From Candidatus Dojkabacteria bacterium (GTDB lineage: Bacteria > Patescibacteriota > Dojkabacteria > SC72), in assembly GCA_050950165.1 (NCBI GenBank), contig JBMNHC010000001.1:191151-255150 (forward strand): DNA of 64,000 bases. Reading direction: 5' to 3'. Each line of letters starts with the position of its first letter. Position 1 is the stretch's first letter. The notes under the pieces were generated by a model. It was not told the origin of the DNA. It made no database searches and saw nothing but the letters and a program-made list of their open reading frames with translations. Positions 48,572 through 57,916 of the stretch are shown piece by piece. The position numbers and the translations under genes were made by a program.

Positions 48572-51196
48572 TTACCTAGGTCTACTACAGCCAGATTCAT
48601 CAGGTACTGAACATCCAAAGCTTTGCAAAAGAGACAGGGGATCAACTACAGACCCATTCTGCTTTGTTTCTAAATGCAGATGAACACCAGTCCAACAGTT
48701 TCCTACTTCTACTTCAGGAGGTAGTTGTACAACAGCAACTGCCTGACCACTACCTAGCTTCTCTCCTAGTGATGCTAATGGTTTAACATGTAAGAACTTA
48801 AAGAAATATGTATTTACACCATCTGAAGCAGTTAACTCTACAATACCACCTGCCTTAGAATTGTCTCTACAGTTAATAACTGCAATTCTAGTAATACGGC
48901 AATCTCCAGAAGAACAGAACTGAGGAGCATAGATATTTCCTACACTTGTTAAGTCAACTGGCATATTACTGGTATAGTTTTGATGGCTCCAACCTTGTAC
49001 ATCTTTGTACCCTTGAGAACATCCGTAAGAGCCTGCACCGAAAAGACATTGTTCTCCTGATGGAGGAGGAATTATAGGTTGGCCCCATGGATATTCTCCA
49101 CTTGTCAACTCTTGTTCTTCATATGCAGAGCACATAATTGTTGTACCTGGTACTGTGTGGTAATACGAAAAGTTTTTCCTAAAGAAAGACTTAGTAGCAC
49201 TTGCAGCTGTAAACCAGACTACTGCTATCACACCAAAAAGACCTATTAAAGCATATTTGGCAATTACAAAAAGCTGACCAATAACTCTCATAACAAAGCC
49301 AGAAATTGCTTGAGTCAACAATGCTGCAACAACAGTTCCAATGGGACCTAAAGTTATACCCAATGCTGCTGCCGCTGCTCCAATAAGTGATCTTACAAAT
49401 ACATCAATACCCCCCTTTGCTACCCATTTCTCTAGTAAGTGCAAAGCTTGTGATTTAACAAACCAATTCCTAACAGTAGGATTTTTTAAAAGCCAATCCA
49501 TTACTTTTGTACGAACATCTTTTAACTTCCCTTGGAAGAACTGGTTTGCCTTCTGCTGTACTCTATATATCCCACTAAAAGCATGGGTTAGTTTTTTAAA
49601 GGTCTTTCCTGAATTTAAAAGTTTAGTTAATTCCTGCAGATCTACATCTTTATTTCCTGCAAGACTATTAAGTAGATTTTCAACAAAAGTATCAATATCC
49701 TTACTACTGAATCCAGCATCTAAAGATTCGGCAGTTATGCCAAGTCCAGCTAACTTGTCAAAACCAGGAAGTTTTTTAATCTTGTCCAACCTATTATTCA
49801 ATAAATATGCAAAGCCTTCTCCATTGTAAAAGAATGTTTTAAATATAGATCTAGGCGTTAAGTAGTTTAAATTTGTCATTACTTGGTTATACTTACCTAG
49901 CATTTTAGAAGGGACCTCTCTTTTAACGAGTATTCCGTCTACGCCACCTACTGTTTTCTCACTTGATGGAAGAAAAAGAGAGTTTAGATTTTTATCATAA
50001 ATAGAGCCATTAAGAATAGAGCCAACAAAGTTAGCACCATAGAGATTAGAGAAAGAGTTGTAATATCCTTCTAACTGCCCAATTCGACCAAGTAGAGTAT
50101 GCCCATTAACTACACGCAAAGCTCCTTTAGCATCTCTCAATTCTTTCCTCAATCTTTTCTTCTCAGCAGAAGTAGTTGCACTTTTAAGATCCGTTCTAAG
50201 TTGTTCTATTGTATTATTTAATTCCAACCTATCCCTATCTAGAATATATCGAGCCTTTTTATACACTCCCCGTTGCTCATCAGAGATAGTAGGATCTGCA
50301 ATTCTGTCATCTAGGTTATCCCTCTCTAACGACTTGTAAAGCTTTCCTGCAAAAATATCTACTCCTTCACTCTCTTTAAGAACTCCACCAACAGCTCCTG
50401 TAAATCTAGTTTCAATATCTGGAATAGTATGGCCATATCTTCTAAATAGCTCTCGTCCTACTTCTAATCTAGAGTTAGCTAGCGACCCATCAGGTCCACT
50501 TTCTCCCAAAAGTTTTGAAAAATCTGCTTTATCCTTCTCACTTAAACTTAACCAACTACTACCAAAAGTTTTTCTTCCTAAAAGTTCAAACGATCTGTTT
50601 GCCATAAAATCAAGATCTCTAGGCGAGAATCTCCCTCCTACAGCAGTTCCCTGTATCTTAGATTGAGGATCTCCTGAATGAGATGCACCATACTGTCCTA
50701 ATGCTCTCTCTATTGCATAACTATCTGCTCTGCTAATAGTTCCTCCTAGTACTGCACGCTTTGCTTCTTCATCTCCATATTTATGTGCCCACGCAGTTGT
50801 GATTACATCCTCTGCCAAAGCACCAAGGAAAAGAGCTCTCTGACTCTTACGGATAGCATTTTGGGTCTTAATTGCTTTATCAAATGCTGCAGCAGGATCT
50901 CGAAGAAAATCAATCATACCCATGGTTGTAAACTTCACACTTCCGTACTCACCATACTTTATTCTCCCTATTTCAACATTCAATGCATCATTAAACTCAC
51001 TGATAACGGTATCTGAAACAAAAGCACCAGGTCTTTCCAATGCAGCAAATATTCCATCTGTTAATTCACTATCTGCTGCTATACCAGTTGGAGTAATGGG
51101 TCTTCTCCTCTCAGGAGGTTTTTTTGATTCTTCAAAAAGAAAATCAAATACACTACCTAAAGCATCATAATTGTCTGACTTAGGTTTATTTGCCAT
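48572..51196 (-). CDS. Large membrane protein with C-terminal M23-like peptidase domain
   Basis: ~600 aa helical region, hydrophobic segment, then SQG...H...VD, FLHV, WTGVHLHLE, VDP. Confidence 0.72.
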   Translation of the reverse strand: MANKPKSDNYDALGSVFDFLFEESKKPPERRRPITPTGIAADSELTDGIFAALERPGAFVSDTVISEFNDALNVEIGRIKYGEYGSVKFTTMGMIDFLRDPAAAFDKAIKTQNAIRKSQRALFLGALAEDVITTAWAHKYGDEEAKRAVLGGTISRADSYAIERALGQYGASHSGDPQSKIQGTAVGGRFSPRDLDFMANRSFELLGRKTFGSSWLSLSEKDKADFSKLLGESGPDGSLANSRLEVGRELFRRYGHTIPDIETRFTGAVGGVLKESEGVDIFAGKLYKSLERDNLDDRIADPTISDEQRGVYKKARYILDRDRLELNNTIEQLRTDLKSATTSAEKKRLRKELRDAKGALRVVNGHTLLGRIGQLEGYYNSFSNLYGANFVGSILNGSIYDKNLNSLFLPSSEKTVGGVDGILVKREVPSKMLGKYNQVMTNLNYLTPRSIFKTFFYNGEGFAYLLNNRLDKIKKLPGFDKLAGLGITAESLDAGFSSKDIDTFVENLLNSLAGNKDVDLQELTKLLNSGKTFKKLTHAFSGIYRVQQKANQFFQGKLKDVRTKVMDWLLKNPTVRNWFVKSQALHLLEKWVAKGGIDVFVRSLIGAAAAALGITLGPIGTVVAALLTQAISGFVMRVIGQLFVIAKYALIGLFGVIAVVWFTAASATKSFFRKNFSYYHTVPGTTIMCSAYEEQELTSGEYPWGQPIIPPPSGEQCLFGAGSYGCSQGYKDVQGWSHQNYTSNMPVDLTSVGNIYAPQFCSSGDCRITRIAVINCRDNSKAGGIVELTASDGVNTYFFKFLHVKPLASLGEKLGSGQAVAVVQLPPEVEVGNCWTGVHLHLETKQNGSVVDPLSLLQSFGCSVPDESGCSRPR

Positions 51197-51212
51197 AGAT
51201 TACTCATATATC

Positions 51213-52691
51213 TTACTTAAACATACTTCCAATTAAAGGTATCTTAGAAAGACTTGCTTTTGCTGCTGCCATACCCTCACCTACAGCCTTAGGCGAACTT
51301 GGTGGGAACCAACTTTCTAAGAACTTAGGAGCTTGTGCTGCAAAGTAGAGTACAAATATTTTAAGAATAAATAACAAAAAACCAGATGTGGCATTGAGCC
51401 CATCTGGGTCATAGACATTTGGGTCTGAATTAACTAATTTACCTGGGAAACTAAGTAATAACTTGTCTCCAGATTTTTGTATTGCAGTTGGAATATTTAC
51501 AATAAAGAGTACTACTGGAAATACTAACACATTCCTCAGGATTGAAAGAAACCAGTTTTTAATCATATGACTATTACCTGGTAGTGCTCCTGCAGTTATT
51601 TGAATGGGAGCCAATATGACAGAAATTAACAGAGAGAATAATGCTTTATACAATGCTATTAACACCTTAATAGCCCCAACTACAATTATACCTAATACTA
51701 CCAAAAGAAGTATTAATCCAATAGTTCCGAGGATTGTAACTCCTTTTCCGAGCCATAACCATTTAGTAGCAGAACCAATTACTTTACTAATCACTGCAGT
51801 TAGTCCTTTTCCTCCAAGTACCAAACTTCCACTAGTCACTCCTCCCCCTATAAAAACTCCCCAACCCATTACTGCTTTCATTAATCCTCCTAGTGTAGCA
51901 ATAGAGCCTGCTTCCATTCCCCCTTCTCCGAAGATAAACACAAGAAGACCTGTTAATACTCCTCCTAAATCTATAATCAGACCTGCTATTGCAAAACTAA
52001 AAGTAGCAAGTACTAAAGCCACTATTACTCCAGGCAATACATTACCTATCGTCACCATAGTTTGCCCTCCTAACTTGTGTCTAAACATAATCATAAATCC
52101 TGCAATAATCATAATAATTACAAAAACAACATATGAAAGATTTAACACCCTGTTCCAGAGACCTACAATACCACTATCTGTTAACACCTGATACCCTGAA
52201 TCATGAGTTGCTGCATACAAGCTAACACTATTCTCTGCATACCCAGGAACCCACTGCTGTGCTAAATGCTCAGGGACATTAACAGTAGGGTATATTGCAT
52301 ATGCAAAATCTCCAGCATCAGATGCTAAACCCAATACTCCTCTCTTTAAGTCATAAGGGATATTAGGATTATGCTTTATTAACTCACTATACTCAGATAT
52401 CTCCTCCCCACCTAATAGGGAAACTCCAAGCCATGCACTATTCATCAGTTGCAATCCTCCGCTACTTGCCATATTGTCATCATTTATATCAGCTCCACTC
52501 ACTTGGTTATGAAACTGTTTAGTACCTTCAAAGTCGGGCGTAATTTTAACATCCTCCTGTGCATATACATTCAAAACACCAAAAAAGAAGAGAAGACTAA
52601 GACAGAAAAGCAAGGAGTTATAAAAGGCTTTCCTACTTACAAAGTCTTTTATACTCACAATCCCCTTATATATTTTGTATGAAATACTCAT
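51213..52691 (-). CDS. Polytopic membrane protein, VirB6/TrbL-like CPR family
   Basis: Signal peptide, LWNRVLNLSY, IIAGFMIMFR, LATFSFAIAGLIIDL, ILAPI, WF pattern. Confidence 0.6.
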   Translation of the reverse strand: MSISYKIYKGIVSIKDFVSRKAFYNSLLFCLSLLFFFGVLNVYAQEDVKITPDFEGTKQFHNQVSGADINDDNMASSGGLQLMNSAWLGVSLLGGEEISEYSELIKHNPNIPYDLKRGVLGLASDAGDFAYAIYPTVNVPEHLAQQWVPGYAENSVSLYAATHDSGYQVLTDSGIVGLWNRVLNLSYVVFVIIMIIAGFMIMFRHKLGGQTMVTIGNVLPGVIVALVLATFSFAIAGLIIDLGGVLTGLLVFIFGEGGMEAGSIATLGGLMKAVMGWGVFIGGGVTSGSLVLGGKGLTAVISKVIGSATKWLWLGKGVTILGTIGLILLLVVLGIIVVGAIKVLIALYKALFSLLISVILAPIQITAGALPGNSHMIKNWFLSILRNVLVFPVVLFIVNIPTAIQKSGDKLLLSFPGKLVNSDPNVYDPDGLNATSGFLLFILKIFVLYFAAQAPKFLESWFPPSSPKAVGEGMAAAKASLSKIPLIGSMFK

Positions 52692-52713
52692 CTCTCGTTA
52701 ATAATAAATTAAT

Positions 52714-54057
52714 CTAAAATATTTTAACAGGAGTCTCTCCACTCCTTTTACTAGCTTCATCTGTTAAGAACTTCGTATACTCATCTTTAGATGGAGTTGC
52801 CTCTAGCTTAGGAATATCATCAAACTCTGATAACTTTCTCTCTTTATACAGATGAGAGAAGTCCCATGCACATTTAACTGTAGAACTTCCAACAATCCCC
52901 TCTATTCGAACCTTACATGCAGTAGTATAGTATACCTTGTCTGAATATTTACCTGCAGCTGCAGGATACATTGCCACTTTATTCCTAGTATTCATAAAAG
53001 CGTTTGTACAAACACCATCGGGACACTCCTTATCTGAACCAAATGGGGAGTTCATAACAACAATGATATCTTCTACATATATACAATCTTCAGACCTAGG
53101 AATCAGATTACCATTAGCATCATATTTATCCGGTCTATTACACTCATTCCATTTATAATCAGCTATATCTTGAATAATATCTACCAATGCTTGTGTAATC
53201 CAATAATTACAAGCCTTTCTAGATGAACTCGGCCAATCTATAAATTGTGCCTGACCACAATCTTCTATTGCCTTTTGTGCATCTACTTTTTCTAACTGAC
53301 CAGGATATCTATGAGTTTTATTCATTAGAAATGTAGCTATCTTGTTTGACTTATCAGGATTTACATTAGATTTGTTATTACAATGCTCACACGCATTTAC
53401 TAATTTCTGATCAACAACAATATCTCCCTCCTCTGTCTTCTGATCAGGTTTCTGTCCAAAAGCAGTAGAGTAAGGAGTTGCAAAAGGACTATCTTGTACA
53501 GGAGAAGTATATTCTATGATATTTTGACCTGGAGGAAGTTGTACATTAGCAATCTTTTCATCAAACTGTTCTCCCGCTGCTTTGTATATTGGTGTTGTAG
53601 AGGTCAACTTCCTATTCGAATCCTTAACATTAGAACCAGAGAGAAGCTCTAGAGGAACAGAGACTTCTACTAACTCTATCTTTGCATTCTTACTAACTCT
53701 CGTTCCAGATCTATGACCAGATTTGTAATCTACAGGTGTACCACCTTGAGCATTACATACAGAATATGACTGTATCTTTATCTTAGCACTTGTACAACCT
53801 TTAGATGTATCTACCGCATTCAACACTAAACCCTCTTCAGACTCCTCTACTTTCTTAATTGTAGAAGTATCCATACTATTTGATATCTCAGAAGGATTCT
53901 CTACAATCACCAACTCTTGGGTCTGCTGATTTAGTAAAATTGGCTTACTATCCCCCTTTAAGTAATTAATCACCACTACAAAAAGTAGTGCAACAAAAGA
54001 GAGCGTAAACAGTAGCAATATCGGTTTAATTTTTACATACAGCTCTTTTTTCTTCAC
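52714..54057 (-). CDS. Membrane-anchored Cys-rich extracellular protein
   Basis: N-terminal TM; about a dozen Cys in a polar domain. Confidence 0.75.
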   Translation of the reverse strand: MKKKELYVKIKPILLLFTLSFVALLFVVVINYLKGDSKPILLNQQTQELVIVENPSEISNSMDTSTIKKVEESEEGLVLNAVDTSKGCTSAKIKIQSYSVCNAQGGTPVDYKSGHRSGTRVSKNAKIELVEVSVPLELLSGSNVKDSNRKLTSTTPIYKAAGEQFDEKIANVQLPPGQNIIEYTSPVQDSPFATPYSTAFGQKPDQKTEEGDIVVDQKLVNACEHCNNKSNVNPDKSNKIATFLMNKTHRYPGQLEKVDAQKAIEDCGQAQFIDWPSSSRKACNYWITQALVDIIQDIADYKWNECNRPDKYDANGNLIPRSEDCIYVEDIIVVMNSPFGSDKECPDGVCTNAFMNTRNKVAMYPAAAGKYSDKVYYTTACKVRIEGIVGSSTVKCAWDFSHLYKERKLSEFDDIPKLEATPSKDEYTKFLTDEASKRSGETPVKIF

Positions 54058-54085
54058 AGGCAGTTGGTATAAAGTAATATACAGC

Positions 54086-55702
54086 CTACTTAATATTAGC
54101 TATTCCATAGTCTGAAAGCAATTTAACAACACTAGGAGTAGTAGAAGAACCAATAGTAGACAAATCTATTGAGATATTAGATTGGGACATTGCAAAATCA
54201 AAAAGCTTTTTACTATCCCCTAGAACATACATACGCAATATATCAGAGTTAGAAAATGAGAAGTAAGAAGATCCATCTTGTGATCTTGCATCACCAACAG
54301 TTAATATCCAATCCCCTTTTTCGTCTGGTATTGTAGAGATATATCCTGAGCTACCAGATGTTCCCATCTCATCTTCATCCACTATCTGTCCAACTAAAAC
54401 CCAATCTCCTAATGTATCACCGTTTGTTAATACTCCAGATTTAGTTTCAAATGGAGGTGGTGTACTCAACAGTGGAAAGGTCTTTATACTATACATTTTA
54501 CCTCCATTGTCGAATTTCTCTGTACCAGAATATATCTCAAAGTAATACTGAGTATCTGGATCTAGCCTTTTTGTCTCTACTGTATGTGAGTAGTAAGAAT
54601 TTCTACTAGAGAGACCATCTCTAACATCTGATGCCTCTTCTGAAAGAGCTGTCTGAGAAGTACCATATTTTACATATCCTTCTTCTTTAGCAGAACTTCT
54701 CCAAACAACAGTAAAGCTAGTATCTGTTAAATTAGTAATTAATACTGTCTTCTCTCCAGCATCCAAAGAAGAGAAACCCTCTCCAGTCACTAAATCTAGC
54801 CATTTCAAGTCATGTACAATCTCGTACTCCATATTTACAGGTAAAGAAGGAGTTTCACTAACAGTAGGCTGAGGAGATGGAGTCGGCTTTGGATCTGGTT
54901 TCGGAGTCGGTGATAAAACTCCTACCCCTATCCCTAATTTAGATTCTTCAGGGAAGTAAGATATTAAATCAGAATTTTGTTCAACACGAAGAGCTAAAGT
55001 CTGATTTAATTTCCCATTACTATCAAAAAGCGCAGAATATTTACCCTCTAGAAAAGCCCCTTTGTCCACTCCACTCTTAGCAACTAATACTAACTCTGTA
55101 TCATCTGTTACTTTTAACATACTTTTATCTGATATCTTTCTAAATGAAGAGAGATCTACAATCCAGTTTGCTCCACTAGGTATTGTAGAAGATACAGGGT
55201 ATGCACTTTTGTTCTTTAAAAAGACATATATAACTACACTATCTGCAGATGTTCCCTCTACAGATCCATGAACAGGATTAGGAACAGGAGTATCAACTCC
55301 TACGGGAGCAGTAGTAAATACATATTCATTTGTTCCCTGTCCACTATACTTCTTACCTCCAGATACGATTAAGAAAGAATACTTAGTATTAGGTTCTAAA
55401 CTTTTTAATTCTACATAGTGAGAAGTCCTCTTCCCTTCTCCCCTTTTATCTCTTACTGGACTCTGCTCTACACCATTTAAAACAGGAACAACATATCCAT
55501 CTGAATCAATATCAGTAAACCATGTAACGGTAAGTGAGTTAGTGGTTAGATTTGTCACTATTACATCTTTTGGTACAGCCTCTGTACCTGCTTTAGAGAG
55601 ATACTGAACCCCTTTATAAACAGCAAAAATAGTTAAGGGTATACCTAGTACGAGAATAGCTACAATTTTTAACTGTCTTTTCTGATAAGGAGTTAATTGC
55701 AT
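54086..55702 (-). CDS. Surface protein with two fibronectin type III-like repeats
   Basis: TNLTTNSLTVTW...HYVELKSLEPNTKYSF and TNLTDTSFTVVW...HTVETKRLDPDTQYYF; Pro-rich linker. Confidence 0.85.
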   Translation of the reverse strand: MQLTPYQKRQLKIVAILVLGIPLTIFAVYKGVQYLSKAGTEAVPKDVIVTNLTTNSLTVTWFTDIDSDGYVVPVLNGVEQSPVRDKRGEGKRTSHYVELKSLEPNTKYSFLIVSGGKKYSGQGTNEYVFTTAPVGVDTPVPNPVHGSVEGTSADSVVIYVFLKNKSAYPVSSTIPSGANWIVDLSSFRKISDKSMLKVTDDTELVLVAKSGVDKGAFLEGKYSALFDSNGKLNQTLALRVEQNSDLISYFPEESKLGIGVGVLSPTPKPDPKPTPSPQPTVSETPSLPVNMEYEIVHDLKWLDLVTGEGFSSLDAGEKTVLITNLTDTSFTVVWRSSAKEEGYVKYGTSQTALSEEASDVRDGLSSRNSYYSHTVETKRLDPDTQYYFEIYSGTEKFDNGGKMYSIKTFPLLSTPPPFETKSGVLTNGDTLGDWVLVGQIVDEDEMGTSGSSGYISTIPDEKGDWILTVGDARSQDGSSYFSFSNSDILRMYVLGDSKKLFDFAMSQSNISIDLSTIGSSTTPSVVKLLSDYGIANIK

Positions 55703-55743
55703 CTATCAATAATACAAAGAGAGAGGGATAATAGCAACGATTT

Positions 55744-56079
55744 TTACTCTCTTTTAGATACTATTCCTTCTACAAACCCAGAAGCTGCAGCTAGTATAGA
55801 TGATATCTTTCTTACAGGAGACACTATCGCACTATTTAACTCATATACAGTACCTTTTACTGTAGACACTATCTCCGTAGCATCTTCTAAAATTGTATTA
55901 GCCATATCTACAGTTTTACTAGCTTTCTGTATAACATCTCTAGAATCTGCTACTGCTTTTCTAGACTCTTTAATTAACAGAGCTATCTCAAAGAGAATAA
56001 AGGAGAAAAACCCTACTAACACACCAATAATTATCATCCAATACATAGGAGGAATTGTTTGCATACTTCTAATATTCAC
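55744..56079 (-). CDS. Small TM + coiled-coil protein (DUF948/YoxC-like)
   Basis: N-terminal TM followed by amphipathic helix. Confidence 0.6.
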   Translation of the reverse strand: MNIRSMQTIPPMYWMIIIGVLVGFFSFILFEIALLIKESRKAVADSRDVIQKASKTVDMANTILEDATEIVSTVKGTVYELNSAIVSPVRKISSILAAASGFVEGIVSKRE

Positions 56080-56148
56080 AGCTTATATATATTACATATA
56101 ATGACTTTTTACTTAATATGTCAAGCTACTTAATGGTATAATTACTTA

Positions 56149-56877
56149 ATGAGAACTTTCTTCATACCACAAAAACTCTCTCTAGGAGATACTACACACC
56201 TTTCAGATAAGGATAGTATTTTTGCAATAAAGAAACTTAATGTAAAAATTGAAGATATTCTAAAGATAGAAAACTATCAATATATTTTTAATGCAATAGT
56301 TGTAGATATTACTAAAAATAGTGTAGAGGTAGAGATAAGTGAAATAGTTTTGGAGAAAGAGAAGATTGAAGGTATAGATATTACAGTAATACAATCTTTA
56401 AGTAATGAATCAAAGTTTAATTACTTCTTAGAAAAAGCTACAGAGATAGGAGTAGATAGAATAATACCAATAGAGTCCAGCTACTCGTTAAGATCTAGAA
56501 ACAAAGCAATTAGAGACTATGGACTTTGGAAGAAAATAGTACGAGATGCAACAGAGCAATCAAGAACACAAAGAGAAACAATAATTGAAAAACCAATCAA
56601 GTTAAACCAACTACAGATAGAGAAAGGAAGTAATAGGGTCTGTCTTGCTACAGAGAATATACAGTATTCAACATTAGATAAATACATTAAGAGTATAGAT
56701 ATAAAGAAGCCCTTTGTCATTGCCATAGGGCCTGAGAAAGGATGGAGTATAGAGGATTTAGAGATATTTAAAGGTTTGGATTTTAAGTTTGTTAAATTGA
56801 ACAGTAATATTTTAAGAACAGAAACAGCAGGGTTAGTAATATCTTCTGTAATAAAGTATTTAAAAGGAGAACTTTAA
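56149..56877 (+). CDS. rsmE: 16S rRNA m3U1498 methyltransferase
   Basis: EKATEIGV, ATEQS, IGPEKGW, ILRTETA. Confidence 0.93.
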   Translation: MRTFFIPQKLSLGDTTHLSDKDSIFAIKKLNVKIEDILKIENYQYIFNAIVVDITKNSVEVEISEIVLEKEKIEGIDITVIQSLSNESKFNYFLEKATEIGVDRIIPIESSYSLRSRNKAIRDYGLWKKIVRDATEQSRTQRETIIEKPIKLNQLQIEKGSNRVCLATENIQYSTLDKYIKSIDIKKPFVIAIGPEKGWSIEDLEIFKGLDFKFVKLNSNILRTETAGLVISSVIKYLKGEL

Positions 56878-57911
56878 TGAAAAACAAAAGAGGAAGAAGT
56901 AAATTTAACAAAAAGAGATTGACTAAATACCAAGGTAGAGAAGATAGTTTTAAATATTACACTAAGGAAGATATCTTTCTTTCTAGAATGGCTAGTATCC
57001 TTCAAGTACCTAAAGGCAAGGTTGTTGGACTCTTCAGTCAAAGAACAAGGACAACAATTAGACTTAACTCTTTAAAGGCTAAACCTAAAGATACATATGA
57101 GAGATTAAAGAGAAGAGGATACAAGCTAGAGAGAGTACCTTGGGCAAATGATATATATTTTGTAAATAATAGAGATAAAGATGAAATATCACAGATAGAG
57201 GAGTATCAAGAGGGTCATTTCTACATTCAGAATCTCTCAAGTATTTTAGATACACTAATACTGGATCCAAAACCGAATGAAAAGATACTAGATATGTGTG
57301 CTGCTCCAGGTAGTAAAACTACTCATATTGCACAGATAACTAAGAATGGAGCCAATATCTTAGCAAATGAGTTAGAGATTAGCAGAACGAACTCTTTAAG
57401 AAATGTAATTGAACAGTTTGGAGCAACCTCAGTTAAGATAACTATGAGTGATGCAAGAGAGTTTGGTAAAAAATATCCTGACTACTTTGACAGAGTTCTT
57501 CTTGATGCACCGTGTAGTGGAGAGGGAATGATATATCTGAGAGGTCCTAAACCATTAAGGTTTTGGAGTATTAAGAAAGTAAAAGCATCTTCTACTATAC
57601 AAAAGGAGTTAATAGAGTCTGCATTCAAAACACTCAAACCGAAAGGGACTCTTGTATATTCAACATGTACTTTAGAACCAGAGGAAAATGAAGGTGTTAT
57701 TACCTTCTTACTAAATAAGTTCAACAATGCAAAAGTATCTAGTATTAACATTATTAACTCTGATACTTTTAAAGAGTACAAAAAATTTATCTCCCCTGGT
57801 ATTACACACTGGAGTGGAAACAATTACCATCCATCTGTTAAAAAGAGTATACGCATATCCCCTTCAGCTGACATGATGGGATTCTTTATCACAAAGATTA
57901 CTAAAGAGTAA
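56877..57911 (+). CDS. RsmB/RsmF (NOL1/NOP2/Sun) RNA m5C methyltransferase
   Basis: LDMCAAPGSKT, FDRVLLDAPCSGEG, VYSTCTLEPEENE. Confidence 0.92.
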   Translation: MKNKRGRSKFNKKRLTKYQGREDSFKYYTKEDIFLSRMASILQVPKGKVVGLFSQRTRTTIRLNSLKAKPKDTYERLKRRGYKLERVPWANDIYFVNNRDKDEISQIEEYQEGHFYIQNLSSILDTLILDPKPNEKILDMCAAPGSKTTHIAQITKNGANILANELEISRTNSLRNVIEQFGATSVKITMSDAREFGKKYPDYFDRVLLDAPCSGEGMIYLRGPKPLRFWSIKKVKASSTIQKELIESAFKTLKPKGTLVYSTCTLEPEENEGVITFLLNKFNNAKVSSINIINSDTFKEYKKFISPGITHWSGNNYHPSVKKSIRISPSADMMGFFITKITKE

Positions 57912-57916
57912 ATGTC

